From Tricharina praecox (Eukaryota): a stretch of DNA of 64,000 nucleotides. This document shows positions 35,420 through 49,214 of the stretch, piece after piece. Position 1 is the first letter of the stretch. Each line of letters begins with the position of its first letter. The notes beneath the pieces were generated by a model. It saw nothing but the letters and a program-made list of their open reading frames with translations, was not told where the DNA came from and made no database searches. A program made the translations under genes and the position numbers. The stretch covers positions 1,178,001 to 1,242,000 of the forward strand of contig NW_026250405.1 in NCBI RefSeq assembly GCF_024521635.1, given 5' to 3'.

Positions 35420-38400
35420 TGGTAATCGTAGTAGTAGTGGTGGTGGTGGTGGTAGTAGTGCCAACCCGTTCGATCGCCCGATGTGGTTGTTTGTCTGTTT
35501 GTTCCGTTTCTCGAAACGAAACGAGACGAGACGTCACGATTGATGGTGGTATGTAGTGGTGTAAACTCTAGAGCCAGCGGAGACGATGCCCGATGCTCGA
35601 TACCCGATGTCTGTCCGATACCCGCACCGCACAACACCGCACAGGAACTGCCGCGTCATACAGCGGATGCCCTCTTCGTTGTCCGATGTCCGTTGGCCGT
35701 CGTACTGTCTCTCGCTGTCCGCCTGGCCGCCGCGGGTGGTGCTTCCGGCCGCGCCAGGCCAGCCAGCAACACGGGCATTGGCCCCCAAGCCGCAAGCGCA
35801 TCGACAACCTTCCCCCCTCCTCCCCTGCGCGACCGAGACACGATCGATTCCCATGCGATATGTATGAACGCTCCATACGATGATATACGTCGGCACCACT
35901 CGCCAGCGGCCAGACCAGAACGGTTGTCGATGTCTCTGACTCTCCGAACCACCACCGCCGTTTCAGGACGCCGTGGGCAGACGTCACGTTTTTTTTTTTT
36001 TGCTTGAACTCTGGAGTTTGCGCTACGTTGCCGTGGATCCGGCCACGTGCGGGGAGGGAGAAGTCACTGCAATTTGGTCTTGGCCAATCCGGACATATAT
36101 CATACCAAGTGTTACGTTACGACGCTCGGCCTACGCCCACGATCAGTGAGTAAGAGTAGCATAGTAGTAATAATCGAAGAAGAACGTTGCTGGAGAACCC
36201 GCCTTCACATCCAAACACGTCATGCTATCGTCGGCGGACCCCGACTGTGCAAGTAAGTAGCCGTCGCCAGGCCAGGCACGAGAAGATTCAACAGTGGTGA
36301 CACACACACGCCCACAAGCGTACCTAAGCAGCTTTCTTCGTAACCACTGACTTGGTTAGCCGCTTCTCTTCCTCCCCTTTTCTCCCTCTTCTCGCTTGTC
36401 CCGTGAGTGTGTCGGTCGCCTCGCCAAGTCGGTTACACAGACCAACGAGGCCAGCGACCAGCCAACCAGACCAACCAACCAGCCGGGGCATGGCGGGGCC
36501 GGCCAGCTGTTCCACGATCTTGCCATCCCGATGAAATCGACGGACGAGCCTTCCTGCCTACGCTATGGATTGTACGCTATACCCCGGCAACTTGGCGGCG
36601 ATTGTCACGATCGCGCGGCTTCGACCGGGTAACTTTGGGTTTGGCCGCTATGTGGAGCACTAGGTGTCATATGTAGGTAGCTCCGTCGGCCACCCAGCGA
36701 AACATGAAGAAGAAGAAGAGCAAGAGGAAGAAGACAAGCGGACGATGCTAACGTTGATGAGCTAGGCATCTTCAGCTAACAAGCGACGGCGGCCAAATAT
36801 GTAAGCTACCTAGGCGGAGTGGGGAGGGAGGGAGGGAGGGAAAGCAGCGCCAGTCACCGACGGACAGGACGGTCCCCATCCCAGACCGGTGGATTGGTAC
36901 TCGGGGGGGGGGGGGGGGTTGCATTAGAGCACTTTAGGTGGGCTAGATACCGAGAATTCCTCCCGACGACAGCCGGTACCGACGGGCGGCTTGAAGATTC
37001 GTTACATACACACATATGTATATACATAGGAAAAGCGGGGAAGGCTCGTAGATACCGAGAGTCGTTGCAAATCTGTTTACCCCAAACATTTGCACTTTCC
37101 TGTCGTCCTTGAGGCCTGGACCTGAACCTGAACCTAGAACGAGGCTTAGGGGATCACACATCACTTCAAGCCTCTTTTTTTCTTTCTTTTCTTCTTAACT
37201 CCACGGTGGTTTTCTCCGGTTGTGTGTCGAATCGTTCTTTTCGCCGGTAGTCACTGCTCCACTCGGTCAGAGTACCTATGTAATTCACGGACCCTACCAT
37301 CTTGCCTACGAACCTATCCACCCATCTACCCATCTACCCAAGTATGTACCTACCTAGCTCACGAACACCTGTCACCTCTCAGACCCCGTACATATGTGAG
37401 TACTTTGCTTAGGTAGATACACGAGCAGAATTCTCGGATTTGTATCCGCTCCAACACGAATCCCTACACGGGCCCCACTGTCCATCCATCCCATGTACCT
37501 ACCAATGATGGGGCAGCCATACTAGCAGTAGGTATACCGGTCATTGGTGTTATGCACAGAGCACACAGCACACGGTCGAATCGCAGGTATGCACATATGT
37601 ACCAGGAGTTGCCAATAAGTGGTGCCTCACCACCATTACAAATTATAAGCACTAGTCTATATTATGAACACACTAAGCCAAATGCGAACAAATGAGTGAG
37701 TGATTGTGACTAGGTTGTATGGGGAAAAACTGGTGAGGCAGCACTTACCCTTACATCCGAGTACATACATACCCCATACATACCCCATACATACCTACAC
37801 ACATACCGCGAGCAAGTATGTGTATATAGAATAAGGTTCTTGTTGCGGGGGATTTGCGGAAGTCAGCAGACCCATCTGCATACATAGAGTATTTTCCTCC
37901 TTCCTCCTTCCAGGAAGACTGTGGCGCGAGCGAGCGCGCGCGCGCGGGACATTTAGTTAGTTGGGTTGGTTGGGGCCATGCCGCCAATCCGGCGAGCGGA
38001 AGGAAGGGAGGCAGATCTCCGAAAGTGCGGGGGCCCGGGGGGGGGGGGGGGGAGGGGGGGAGGGGGGTGATCATCCTGCTTTTTTCTTTCTTCTTTATTT
38101 CCTTTTTCTTTGGGTTTTTGCGTGTAAAACTTCACAACGACGACGTCGTCTGCGCCTGGGGCTGGGGCTGTGAGGTAAGTGGGATCCAGGTAACTATCGT
38201 GAACTTCTTGAACCTGAACCTGAACCTGAAAAAAGTAAGAATTACCGAATCGAACCGTAGCGTTGCGTTCCGCCTGGCTGGTTGGCTGGTTGGCTGGATC
38301 GATGGCTTGGAGACGGTCTGGCTGGCTGGATGGATCGTGGATGGATCATGGATGGCTTGGAGACGGACCACGGTCTGGATGTGGTCCGTCAGTACCCGAG

Positions 38401-41400
38401 GATTCTACGCCAGCCGGATGTGCGGTCAATCAGTCGGTCAGTCGGTCAGTGGCCACTGCGGTACTACTAACTGCTGGTATCGTAACTGGTATCTTAACTG
38501 GTAACTGGTAAGCTGGTAAACTGGTAACCACAGTATCATACCTACGTGCGAGCGAGCGAGCAGGCAACTTGGCATGCCGAGGCAATCGTTGCGGCGGTGC
38601 AGTGTAGCAGCTACCTCTGTAGGTATGTCCTTACAAATGTACAGATGTATTTTCACCGGAAGCTATGGCCCCGCGACGAGGCCAGGACGCGATCATCGTC
38701 GTCGTCGTCGACTTCCCGGTATGTAGGTATCATACGGTAGTTTTTCGACTCTTTCGATCCTGATCCTGCGTAACGAATCACGATGGGTACATACTAGGTA
38801 TAGGTAGGCCAAGGCACGACATTGAATGAAATCCTATTCTCCTCTGGAGGGAAAAGTAAAATTGAAGGAAGAAGCAACGAAAAGTACGGCTAGGTACGGT
38901 ACACTACTCCGAAGACCTACATACTCCTACTTCGACAAGAAAACACGCTGCTGCTGCGTTTTTGTCTGCGCGACGCAAGGATTCGCCTTGAGCAGTGCAG
39001 CAATGCAGCAATGCAGCCAGCCGTAAGGCTGTCTGTCTTTCCATTCATCTGTCCGTCTGTCGGGCCAACACTCAGCAAATGCCTCAGAATACTAGTAGTG
39101 TGCAGCCAGCTGGTAGAACTTGCCAACCATTTCATACATACATGCTCCGTACAGGCATCCGCAATCTGTCTCAGTGTCTGAAGCCTGTACGGTATTTAGA
39201 TAGTAGGTAGTAGGCAATAAGTAGTAGGCAGGCAGGCATGTACCTTCCTTCTGCTTGAAAGTTGACCAGCAAAAACCTTCCGAGAACATCGTCCGTTCGT
39301 TCGTTGGACGAAAGTTGAACCCAAGGCTCCTTGTCCAGTGCAGACTCCAGAGGATGCACATACCTAGGACTTACCTAGGTGCTATGGATATTTCTGTCGA
39401 CAAAGATTAAGTAATGGTAAGCACTCAGACTCCTTGTCCATGTGCGTCCAGGACTCGAGGATCTACGAATCTTACCGCAACCTTGATATAGAGTGCCTAA
39501 CTACTCTACAGCACTCTACACCGTTCGAGCAAAGCGGGATTTCCTCCACTCTACCTGATGCCTGATATGATATGTACCTACATAGGCCGGAGACGACACC
39601 ACCACCACCCGAAACGCAGATCTTCCTTATCGATAATTGGATGGTAGCTCTTGGCGTTTACCTAAAGGCGGGAAGAGGCCCGTTCTGAAAGGCTTGTTCC
39701 AATGGACACTCTAGGTTCTGATCTGCAGGCGGCGGCGGCGGTGGTGGCAGTGCCTGCACGTCCGCAGTTCCGCCCCCGCCGCTCTGCTCATTGTACGATC
39801 ACTGTTCAAGGTTGCGTTTGCCCTGAGTCTGCTTCAAAGAAAAAGTCCGAGAAGCCTGCAAGAACTGACGATGCTGGCTGGCTGACCGTACCAACAACTT
39901 ACAAGGTCGCACCTTCGAACGAAAGCCGTTTCTGTCCTGGTGAGCCCTGTTACCTACCTACCGTATGTATGTCTTCTATGATGGAAATGGCGTCCACCTG
40001 GCCAGTCATTCGTCGCCACCTCCCTCCGGAAAAACCAGGGCAGCGCTTGTCTTGTCTGCGACACAACGAATCATCGACATAAAACAAGACCGTTAACGGT
40101 GTTGCGCCTGGGGGCGTACATAATAGTTGGAGTAGTTGCTGTAGAGTACGGCGTACGTCTGTCACAATTATCGCACTCCCATGATCCTATCATACACAAC
40201 TGTTACCCCGCGCCCATCGAAGTCTGGTTTGGGTCCCTGATTCTCCGCTCCGCTCCCAGCGTCCCACTTGTCTCAGCTCGTCTCACATCCTCCGGAAAAG
40301 GCGATTCCTCATCTCCCCTCCCATTTGCCACTGACTTTTTTTCTCCATGTTTTCTTTTTGCTTTTTTGCTTTTCCTCACTCACTCGCAGCCGATTGGGGC
40401 CGCATGTCTTGCCTACTCTTGAGTAATTGCTTCATACCTAGATACCACACACGTGATGTATGTCTCATCCACTGATCCACTCATCCATCCATCAGGATAG
40501 GATAGGATAGGGTGTGCATGTTGGCATATGCAACACCTTTTTTCTTCTGCTTTTTTTTACGATGAGCTGAGCTGAACAAAAGTGACGAGTTTACATGAAC
40601 GGGATGGATCCGTACATACACACATACCGAGCTACGTACGTACGTATTTCTGCTGGGGTTAAAGATGGGCGGGAGAGCCTGAGATGTGACCTCCGTTCGT
40701 GTGAGTGTGGGGACGCCGGGACGGACGTCTGTGGGGCGCCCTGACGTAGGTAAGGGAAACGATGCTTTTTCCCTTATGCCCAGCCAGCAGGCACGTAGTT
40801 ATGCGACCCTCCTACGTATGTCGGTACGTCGTTGTTGGAGTACGGGATTTTGTCTTCCGCGATCACGAGGGCGCGGTACGTACGGATCATCGCGCAGACA
40901 GACAAGCTCGAGTGATGGGCGGTGCAGGCGGCGCAGCCCAGCCCAGCCCAGCCCAGCCCACTATCTATCTGTAGGCAGATGATGCCTCTTCGACGACGAC
41001 GGCGGAAATCCATGACGACGACGACGACGGCCAACGACCCTTGCAGCACGTATGTAATGTATCCCATCGTTAGATCCGAGTGAAAGGGGGAAAAGAAGGG
41101 TCCTCGTATATACTCTCCTTGTTCTCCTGGCCTCTTCCCACCCCCCACTCACCCTCAGACGTTCGTAGCGTAGATACGGCTGAGCCCCAGATGGCCTGTC
41201 CGGGGACGGATATTCCCCGCAGTGCAGTGCATGCAGCAGCAGCAGCAGCAGCAGCAGCAGCTCATCTTCTCCAGGCCATCCCTCCAGCCATCCATCCCCA
41301 CATATTGGAACTTGGTGGGGTCGCACCGAGACGTGACGATTATGGAAGAGTGAGAGCTACCTACCTTCCCACCTACCTACTACCGTATCCCCCTACTACC

Positions 41401-44400
41401 TACCGTCCTCTACGTTACCGGGTCCGTCGCCACAGCGTCCGTAGGGCGTCATGCAGAAGCAGGTTGACGTTAGCATGTATGTACTTAATCTACAAACTCG
41501 AGGTGTATGTCGAAACAAAACAAACACAAAACACAAAAACGAAAACTTTATTCTCGCACGATGGGCGGTGATCGGATCGCTGTTGGGTATAGTACTCTAC
41601 TTTAGATAAGCAGATTCTTGGGTGTGTACCCTAGAGTAGCCACTCTGTTCTGCGGTGCGTGCTCCAACTATCTACAGTGTAGTACCGGTATATAGTAGTG
41701 GTACATGTGGTATGTACTCGAGAGATAGTAGGTGCGGCATAGAAATCTGCCTCTGTATGTAGAGTACCTACTCTACGCACCCCATATCTACAGTACAGCA
41801 CGGGGCCGCCCCCGCGCCGACGACGAAATCGCAGTGACGGCACACGATCGCGGTCTGGTCTTGCGGCGGTTAGAAATCACCGCACTCTAGATGCTCTGCG
41901 ATAACGCTCTGCTGCTCTCGAGTTTCAATCCTGATCCACACAGGCCTCGCCCTCCCATGACGCCGTTGGAAGCGAAGAGGGAAGTCGGCACGACCAGTGT
42001 CTCTCTCTGTCTCTTTCTGTCTCTCTCACCAGACTCCAGTTCGCCGCAGGACTAGCATGCGGTAATAGTTATCGCCCGGCCACATGTTGGTACTCTACAT
42101 CCTCTACGTACGCCCATGCCGGAATCGGTACCACTTCATCGGCCATCGACCGCTTCATGCGCGCCGCCGCTTCCGGCCCATGAGTATCTCTCTCCTCCCC
42201 CAGTCCCGTCGCCCGTCTCACCGCACCTCTGGCTTATCGACGACATCTCGACTCTAGAAGGAAAAAAGAATGAAAAAAAAAAGTAAAAAGAAGGGCCCAA
42301 CGTTCCAGATTCCTTCCCAGGAGATAGGGACGTGCATGAGCACGAGCATGAGACGCGGAAGTCTCCAGACGCGTCCGTGCTCCGCCGCCCCCCCTCCCAG
42401 ATAACGCATAGTACCCGCCCACCCACACACGGCTCTCCCCCCCTCCCGCCCCCCCCTCCCCCTCCCGAACACCATTTGACCCAACCGACCGGAAATACAC
42501 CGGACGTAAACCGCTCCACTATACACACATACTCTACATACCGACCTACCGGTGTTTATCAACTCTATATATTTATATAAGAAGCCTCGCTCTACCTACC
42601 TCCCTCCGGATCGGAGACAGAGGTAGCGATCGGTTTCCCACTCCACTCACCCTGCCAACCAACTGCCATGCGATCCGGACGATTGGCGACAAAGAGGAGG
42701 AGGAGGTCGAGGAAGAGGGCGGTCATGGGCTATCACTCCATCACTCCATGCGGGACTGGACTCGAACCACCCAACTCACAACTACCGGCGCCCCCGCTGT
42801 TATCTACTATACAGGCTATCTCTCCCTCCCTCTCTCGCTATGATATCGGTCAAAGGCGAAGGCGAAGACGCGGGAAATTAACGGCTATGCAGAGTATTGT
42901 ACATATATACATACACGAGCGCCCACGCACCAGCACGCAAGAAGCACGTCGTCCACCGTCAGAGATCTACCTAGGTACTCTAAACACCGCATCGGTTGTA
43001 CCGAGGAGCGATGGGGATTGGCGGGGCGACCGGGGGGGATACCTATGTAGATTGCCAGCAATGATCTGGCTACATACAGGTATACATTAGGTACATAGAG
43101 TACTATGATAGCTGACGGCGTCCGCGTCGACGTCGATGTCGACGTCGTGCGGACGCGAGTAGTTGCCTTCTAGATACTCAGCTAGGTACCTAGTAGCCGA
43201 GTGATTGCAGTGGCCCCGCGAGGGACACGCCTTTGCTGGAGGAAGTGCTCTGTTCCGTCCTGAAAATCAACATAGCGCGCGCGCGTGTTCCATTACTAGG
43301 TAACTACCGCACTGTGGGCGACGCGGAAATGTAAATGGAAGACCCAGCCTGGCCGTGCAATGTAGCGCAGGTATACTACTAGTAGTATGAGCATATCGAC
43401 ATAAACAACGAATACTACCTACAATCTAGTAGTAGCATCCAATCCTACATCGAACCCACACCGAAACACACCAGGAGTACTCTAGACAGAGTAGCGACTC
43501 GAGCACCGGCAGAAAGCCGTGGAACAAAACAGCTCTGAGCAGCCGATACATGTTCACTCGCTGCCGGGACAAGATCTCCAGCGCGCGCGGAGGAGGGGGG
43601 GGGGGGGGGGGGGCTCTTGAAAGTTGAAACCCTTCACGTGTATGTAAGAAGTGGTTTGCGCAATGAATTATGACATCGTCTATATACCAGGTGGTAGTTA
43701 AACCGGTCGAACAAACAGTATACCTACCACCCACCTGGGTAGGTATATAGTATAGTAGTATCGTCACCGAACCCCCCGCCCCCGCCGCAAAATCCAACGG
43801 CGTTCCGGGAATCCGGGGGATCGACTGTGGAATCTGCGCGTTCAACTTGTCACGGTGTACTACAGTCTACCTACCTATGATAGTAGGTACCTATAGCCTC
43901 AAGGTCTTGCGGAGTTGGTCACGGTAGGTAGTACGGTACATAGATTTCGGACAGATAGGTGGGTCTGCAATTTCAAGGTTTTCATACAAACCTTGAAAAA
44001 GAATGTTGTGGTGATCGTGGTTCGTGACGCCGTGGTGGGGAGCGTAGATTATTCGTCATATACTTGTATATGTGCCGATATATATTCTGTCACAAAGCTC
44101 AAACATGAGGGAGTACCTATGGTAGGTATAGTAGATTCCGCAGCAGTGAAGTGCAGTATCGCCGAAATACCATGTCCACCGTCCACACGCACGAACAACA
44201 ATCTCAACCGTCGTCGTCACCGTCACCGTCACCGCCATCGTCGGGGATGGAAACCCCAGCATCCACACGGCCACGCCGCTGGATACAACTAAGATATGAT
44301 ACGTGAGCTTGCTGCGCCAGCCAAAGCACGCACAGCTGTCGGCGTGGTCGCTACATAGGTGCTCTAGTCTACACGACACTATAGTCCACCTGCGCGTTTC

Positions 44401-44970
44401 GTGTCCGCTCGCCGGACGTGCAGTATACTCTCTACACATGTAAGTATGCTAGCATTATCTCCTCGAGAGTCGAGCCCGGCCAGATGGCCGAAACGTTGCC
44501 AGCCTTGCACGGGTCGTGTACCCAAGGCGAGCAGCAAGAATCGAGAAACGACTGGATGCCGTGCGATTAGCCTGCCTGCCTTGCTGACCCCGTCTCGCGC
44601 GGACCAAGACGTGCACAGTCCACTGGGCGGGCGTGGTTTGCTTAGAGTATCGAAAGTCCGCTCGCTCAGCCTTCCAACTCTCCACCTACCGTCGTGAGTA
44701 CGGCGCGGCCTGGAGGGAGGGGGACGGGTAGCACGAGATTGAGATGCTTCCGTGGCGGTGGGGAGCATACGGTCATACCTACCTCTTCCTGCTCGTAACT
44801 CGTTCACCTGGGCCGAGTTGTAGTACACTGGTAACCCACTCCCATCAATGGTAGATATCTATGCCTCGGACTATCGTCGAACTATCGTCGGCCTGCCGTC
44901 GCCCTCCAATATGCTTCAGCACGGAACACACCGCCCGTCTTCGGGGAAAATGGCGTGTGTTCTGCCAGGT

Positions 44971-45905
44971 TAGTGCCTCCGATAGTCCAGTTCAGTCCGG
45001 CTGGAGGTATGGACTAGACTGGGTATTCTGCCCAACTGATGGGGCTGGACGGACTGCAATAGACTGGATGGACTGGACTGGGTGGACTGATACCTTGAAT
45101 CCAAATGTTTGAGACCAGTAACGAACTTTTTTACACGTATATGGTACAGTCATTGCAGATCCTCCTCGCACAGTGCATTGAGCATAGGTAGTCTTCATCT
45201 CCCTGATATCGCCCTTCGTATCAGCTAGGTACAAGATCATTTCATTCCCGCTCTGCGCCCATGGCGGGAATGCTCAAATACTCGAGGGCCATTCTGGCAA
45301 GATTCTGGCGAGATTCTGGCAAGATCTTTCCAGCCAGGTAGGCTCATGTAATGCACTCGCCCAGTACTTGCTGGACCACATTGTCAATGGAATCACATGA
45401 AGGCGGTGGTTCCTGCTGGAAAACCTCCATCATATCTCGATGCTCAACACGTTGTAGGTAGTGTATGTACGGAGCTTGCGGCCCCATCTGCTCTCTATCT
45501 TCGCGGTATGTAGACGGTGCATCTACCTACCTACTCCATCGGCATCAACTCCCCCTTGACGTTGCAAAGCCCTGAAGCCCTGAAGCCACTGGCCCGCTGT
45601 ATTCGTCCTTCCAAACCCGCAGGCTGCACCAGTCTGCCCAGCCAAACCAATCCATTCGAGTTTCGTATGTACTCCATTGCTCTCAAAAGTATTCAAATTT
45701 TTATGCCGGAATGCAGAGCGATGGAGATCACGTACCTATGCCGGACATTGAGGTCGACCCACAAATTTCAGAAGTCGCAGTCTGTCAGTCCGAGGCGGCA
45801 AATTTCTTGGACGGACTGAATTCAAACCATTCTCCCAGTTTGTAGGCTGGACTGGACTGGGCTGATGCGGTCAGTCCACTCCGGACTGGACTATCGGGAG
45901 CACTG
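44971..45905. mobile_element. Non-autonomous hAT-like TIR element (~935 bp)
   Basis: Ends TAGTGCCTCCGATAGTCCAGT / reverse complement CAGTGCTCCCGATAGTCCAGT; clustered subterminal GGACTG repeats at both ends; no intact TSD or transposase. Confidence 0.7.
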
Positions 45906-47317
45906 TTCCGCCTAAACTTGGTGACTACTAGGTACACTGGCCACAATCACTACCTGCTACTGTATACCGGAGGTTACAAGTACTTCTCGCCGTCCCGGGC
46001 TGGGCCGGACCGTTGTGTTTTGACAAGCTATGGCCCGTGGGATTCTGCCGAGCACCGCTGTATTGTATGAATCACCAACGTTCAGGCCGCATTCAAAACC
46101 GGGGGGGGGGGGGGGGGGGGGGGGGGTGGGCTCAAGCCACCCCATACCTACAATTCCCACATACGAGAATAACAAGAGTGAAGTACCTAAGGTATGGTAA
46201 ATGTAAAGTAAAAGTAAAGCCATGTAGAGTAAGATTACTCGTACATACACAGTGTGGAACCACGCACCCTCCGCTTGACGGACGCCGAATGAGTGCGTGC
46301 CGGCTAGGTCGGTGCTCCGGTGTATATATAAGCACATCTTCAGAACATCACCAAACTGACTGTAGCCTGTAGCAGGAGGCATTCATGGCATCGGCGGGAC
46401 GGCAGCACATGTGGTACATCGAGGTTGGCGAATACTCCGGAATGTAGGGGACGGCAATCCGTCCGCCGTGGGATTCTACAGCCGACGAGAAGGCTTTGGT
46501 ATTCCAGATGGCACCTCAGTTGCGAGTACCTATGATACCACAACGACAACGACAATCGCTGCATCGAGTGATAATGTAAGTAAATAGGGGCAGTCCCCCT
46601 CCCCTGTTCATGAAGGTAACCCAACCCGCAATGCCTTCAGCAAGCTGCAATTCCGGAACAGATATGCAGCCGATGACTTGGATGCTGTACTATACTTCTG
46701 TGCTGAGTGCTGTGTGGAGTATGAGTATTTGCGGTTGTTGGCATCGTAAATCATGGACCGCTCTTAGCAGCGGGTGGACACCCAGCCCAGCTGCCGAAAC
46801 GTCGCTCCGCTGTAGAAGTCGCGAATGAGACTTAATCATTGATGTCATTGGAGACTATATAAATACGTGAACCACGGCACGACCGCAGGTCCGAAGCAAA
46901 GAAAGTAAAGTAAAGTAGACGAAACAATGAAACATGAGTAAATTGTAATGGAAAGAGGTATCAGCGCTCGTCCCGCACATCGCATTTCGTCCATGAAACC
47001 GACGTGCCAAAGAAAATAATCACAAATAGATGGTAAGTAAGAAGGTAAGAAAGTAAGCACTCAAGTGAAATACAGAATAAAAGAGTAAAGTACAGCGAGC
47101 TTGCTCGGCAGGAGATTCACAAATAAAAAAACCAGAACTACCGGGCGACTCCCACTGAAAAGATAAACTAAACTGAACATCCCACGAGCAGTGGATGGAA
47201 GAAAGGAGTAGTAGTAATGTACATCGTAGTCGAGAATGCAGAATAGCCCACCGTCCCACATCCTCGTTCACACACCGACAAACAGAGCTAACTGAAGTAT
47301 ATAGGTAATCGAGACAC

Positions 47318-49214
47318 TCATGCAGTAGCTGGCGGAGCGGTAGCAGTTGCAGCAGCAGCAGCCTTGGCTCTGTCCTCCTTCTGCTTCTGACTCTCAGCCC
47401 ACATCTTGACAGTCTGCCTTCCTCTCTCCGCCGCATCCTTCCGCGCCTTGAGGACAGCCTGCGCTTGGGCAACACGATCGAGCGGAGCTTCCTCCTTTGG
47501 AGGTGGTCTGATCGTTCCAGCTGCGACAGGCTTCCTCGCTGGGGGGACAGTGTACTTCTGTGGAGCAGGTTTGGTTTCCGTCTTTTCCCCACCCGCGACT
47601 TCCGGCGCATTGCGTCGGGAGCTCGAGATACTGGCGAGGGATTCGCGTGCAGGCCCGCCGGTCTTCGCTGTGACGACAGGCTTGTACGTGGTCTTCGGGG
47701 CTGGTCGGGCCTTGAACTCACGGCGTTTCTTCTCTTCCTCTTCCATGCGCTTCTGTCTCTCTTCCTTCTGGGCCTTAATCTTGCGCTGGAACGCCTCACC
47801 CGGAAGCTCGAACGTGGCCTTGGTGGGTGGTTTAGTCGACTTGGCTGGTGGGGGAGGAGCCGGAAATGAGAGGCCAATTGCGCGCGGCTTGCTGTGGGGA
47901 ATCACGACGGTGGACTCTTGCGAGTTCTGCGAGCCCGAGGAGGCTGCACGTGGCTTCACGCTGGCCTTGCCAGGAGCGGCAGCATTCGACGAATTCAGGG
48001 AAGATGTAGATGCCATCCGCTTTGCCAACTTGGGCGCGTCGCGGACGGCAAGTGTTGATTTGGGTCGCGCGGCCTACGTACAAACGTTAGGCTCGGAAAT
48101 ACCAAATCAATCCACACTTGACTAGCGAGCTTACCCTCTTGACCACAGTTGTCGTCTTGGGCGGAGCCATTAAAGTCTTTCCAGTCTTTGGCTTCTCATC
48201 CTTCGACTTTACGGTAGTCGTAGTTTTGGCTGCTACCTTTGTAGCGGCGGCGACGACGGTTCGCGGCTTCGAAACCGGCTTCGATGGAGCAGCTGACTTC
48301 TTCGGCGAGACAAGTCGGTCGAAACTATCGTTCCCCACATCCTCATAGTCTTCCTCGTTCATGTGAACAGTAGGATCAAACTTTGGCGTCTTCGCAACCG
48401 TTATGACCTGCGGTCTCTCGGGAGTCTGCGGCCTCGCCTCATCGGCCATCTGCTCCAACTCGGCGTCGACAGCCGCCTCATCGACCTTCCCGTGCATCTC
48501 GTCCGCCATCAGCTGGAGTTCGGCACTGATGTCGTCGTCGCCCTGGTCGCGCCCGTGATCTTCGGCGGGGGTGGTGACTGCCTCGACCTCGGCGACGGTG
48601 ACGGTTGCTGGTTCTTCGTGTTCGGACTCGGCGTCGCTTTCCGGCTCGGTGACGGTGACCGAGACGGTCGCTTCTTCGACTTTCTCCTCCACATCGTCGA
48701 CGACATCTTCCACGACCATCCCCGACTCCTCTTCGACCGGTTCAGTAACACTCGCATCGTCCTCGTGATCAACCTCAACCGACGTCTCAGAAGCAGTAAC
48801 AGGGGCCTCAGAAGCGAAAACAGGGATATCAGACGCGTCCTCCCCGTTTTCCTCGTGCATCTCTTCCTCCCGGGTTTCCGCAGACGCATCCTGTGCGCCC
48901 TGTGCATCCTCGTCCTCATCCGCCTTCACCTCCGACTCGACAGCCTCCTCGTCCGCAGCCTTCGCGTTCTTCCCCTTCTTGCCGCGTTTCTTCCCCTTCT
49001 TTGCCGGAGTCTTCGCATCTTTCGCCTTCCGCGCGCTCGGAGCGCGTCTCGTCACGCCCTCCTCTTCTTGCTCTTGCTCCAACTGCTCGTCCTGCTGGTC
49101 CTCCTCCCACTGCTCCTCTTCCCGCTCCTGCTCTGCGTGCAGCTCAGGGGTATCAACCGGCTCTACCGACGCCTCGGCGGCTGCCTTCTTGCTGGAGCGA
49201 GTTACGCGGCCCAT
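47318..49214 (-). CDS. Conserved fungal acidic/Lys-rich protein with a TPX2-like FKARPAP motif (putative microtubule-associated protein); 2 exons
   Basis: ORFs 48087-49214 and 47318-48028 are joined in frame by intron 48134-48074 (GTAAGC..CCTAAC..TAG); FELPGEA..EERQKRMEEEEKKRREFKARPAP. Confidence 0.8.

Noticed and set aside
36903..46125. Poly-G runs (36903, 38036, 43595, 46101) as functional G-quadruplexes
   Set aside because: Homopolymers are common in this SSR-rich DNA and error-prone in sequencing; there is no positional argument for function
13000..47000. Hundreds of 60-270 aa ORFs in the desert (e.g. 16380-16991, 26159-26614, 31877-32686, 37854-38504)
   Set aside because: Low-complexity translations of microsatellites, often with non-ATG starts and no recognisable domains
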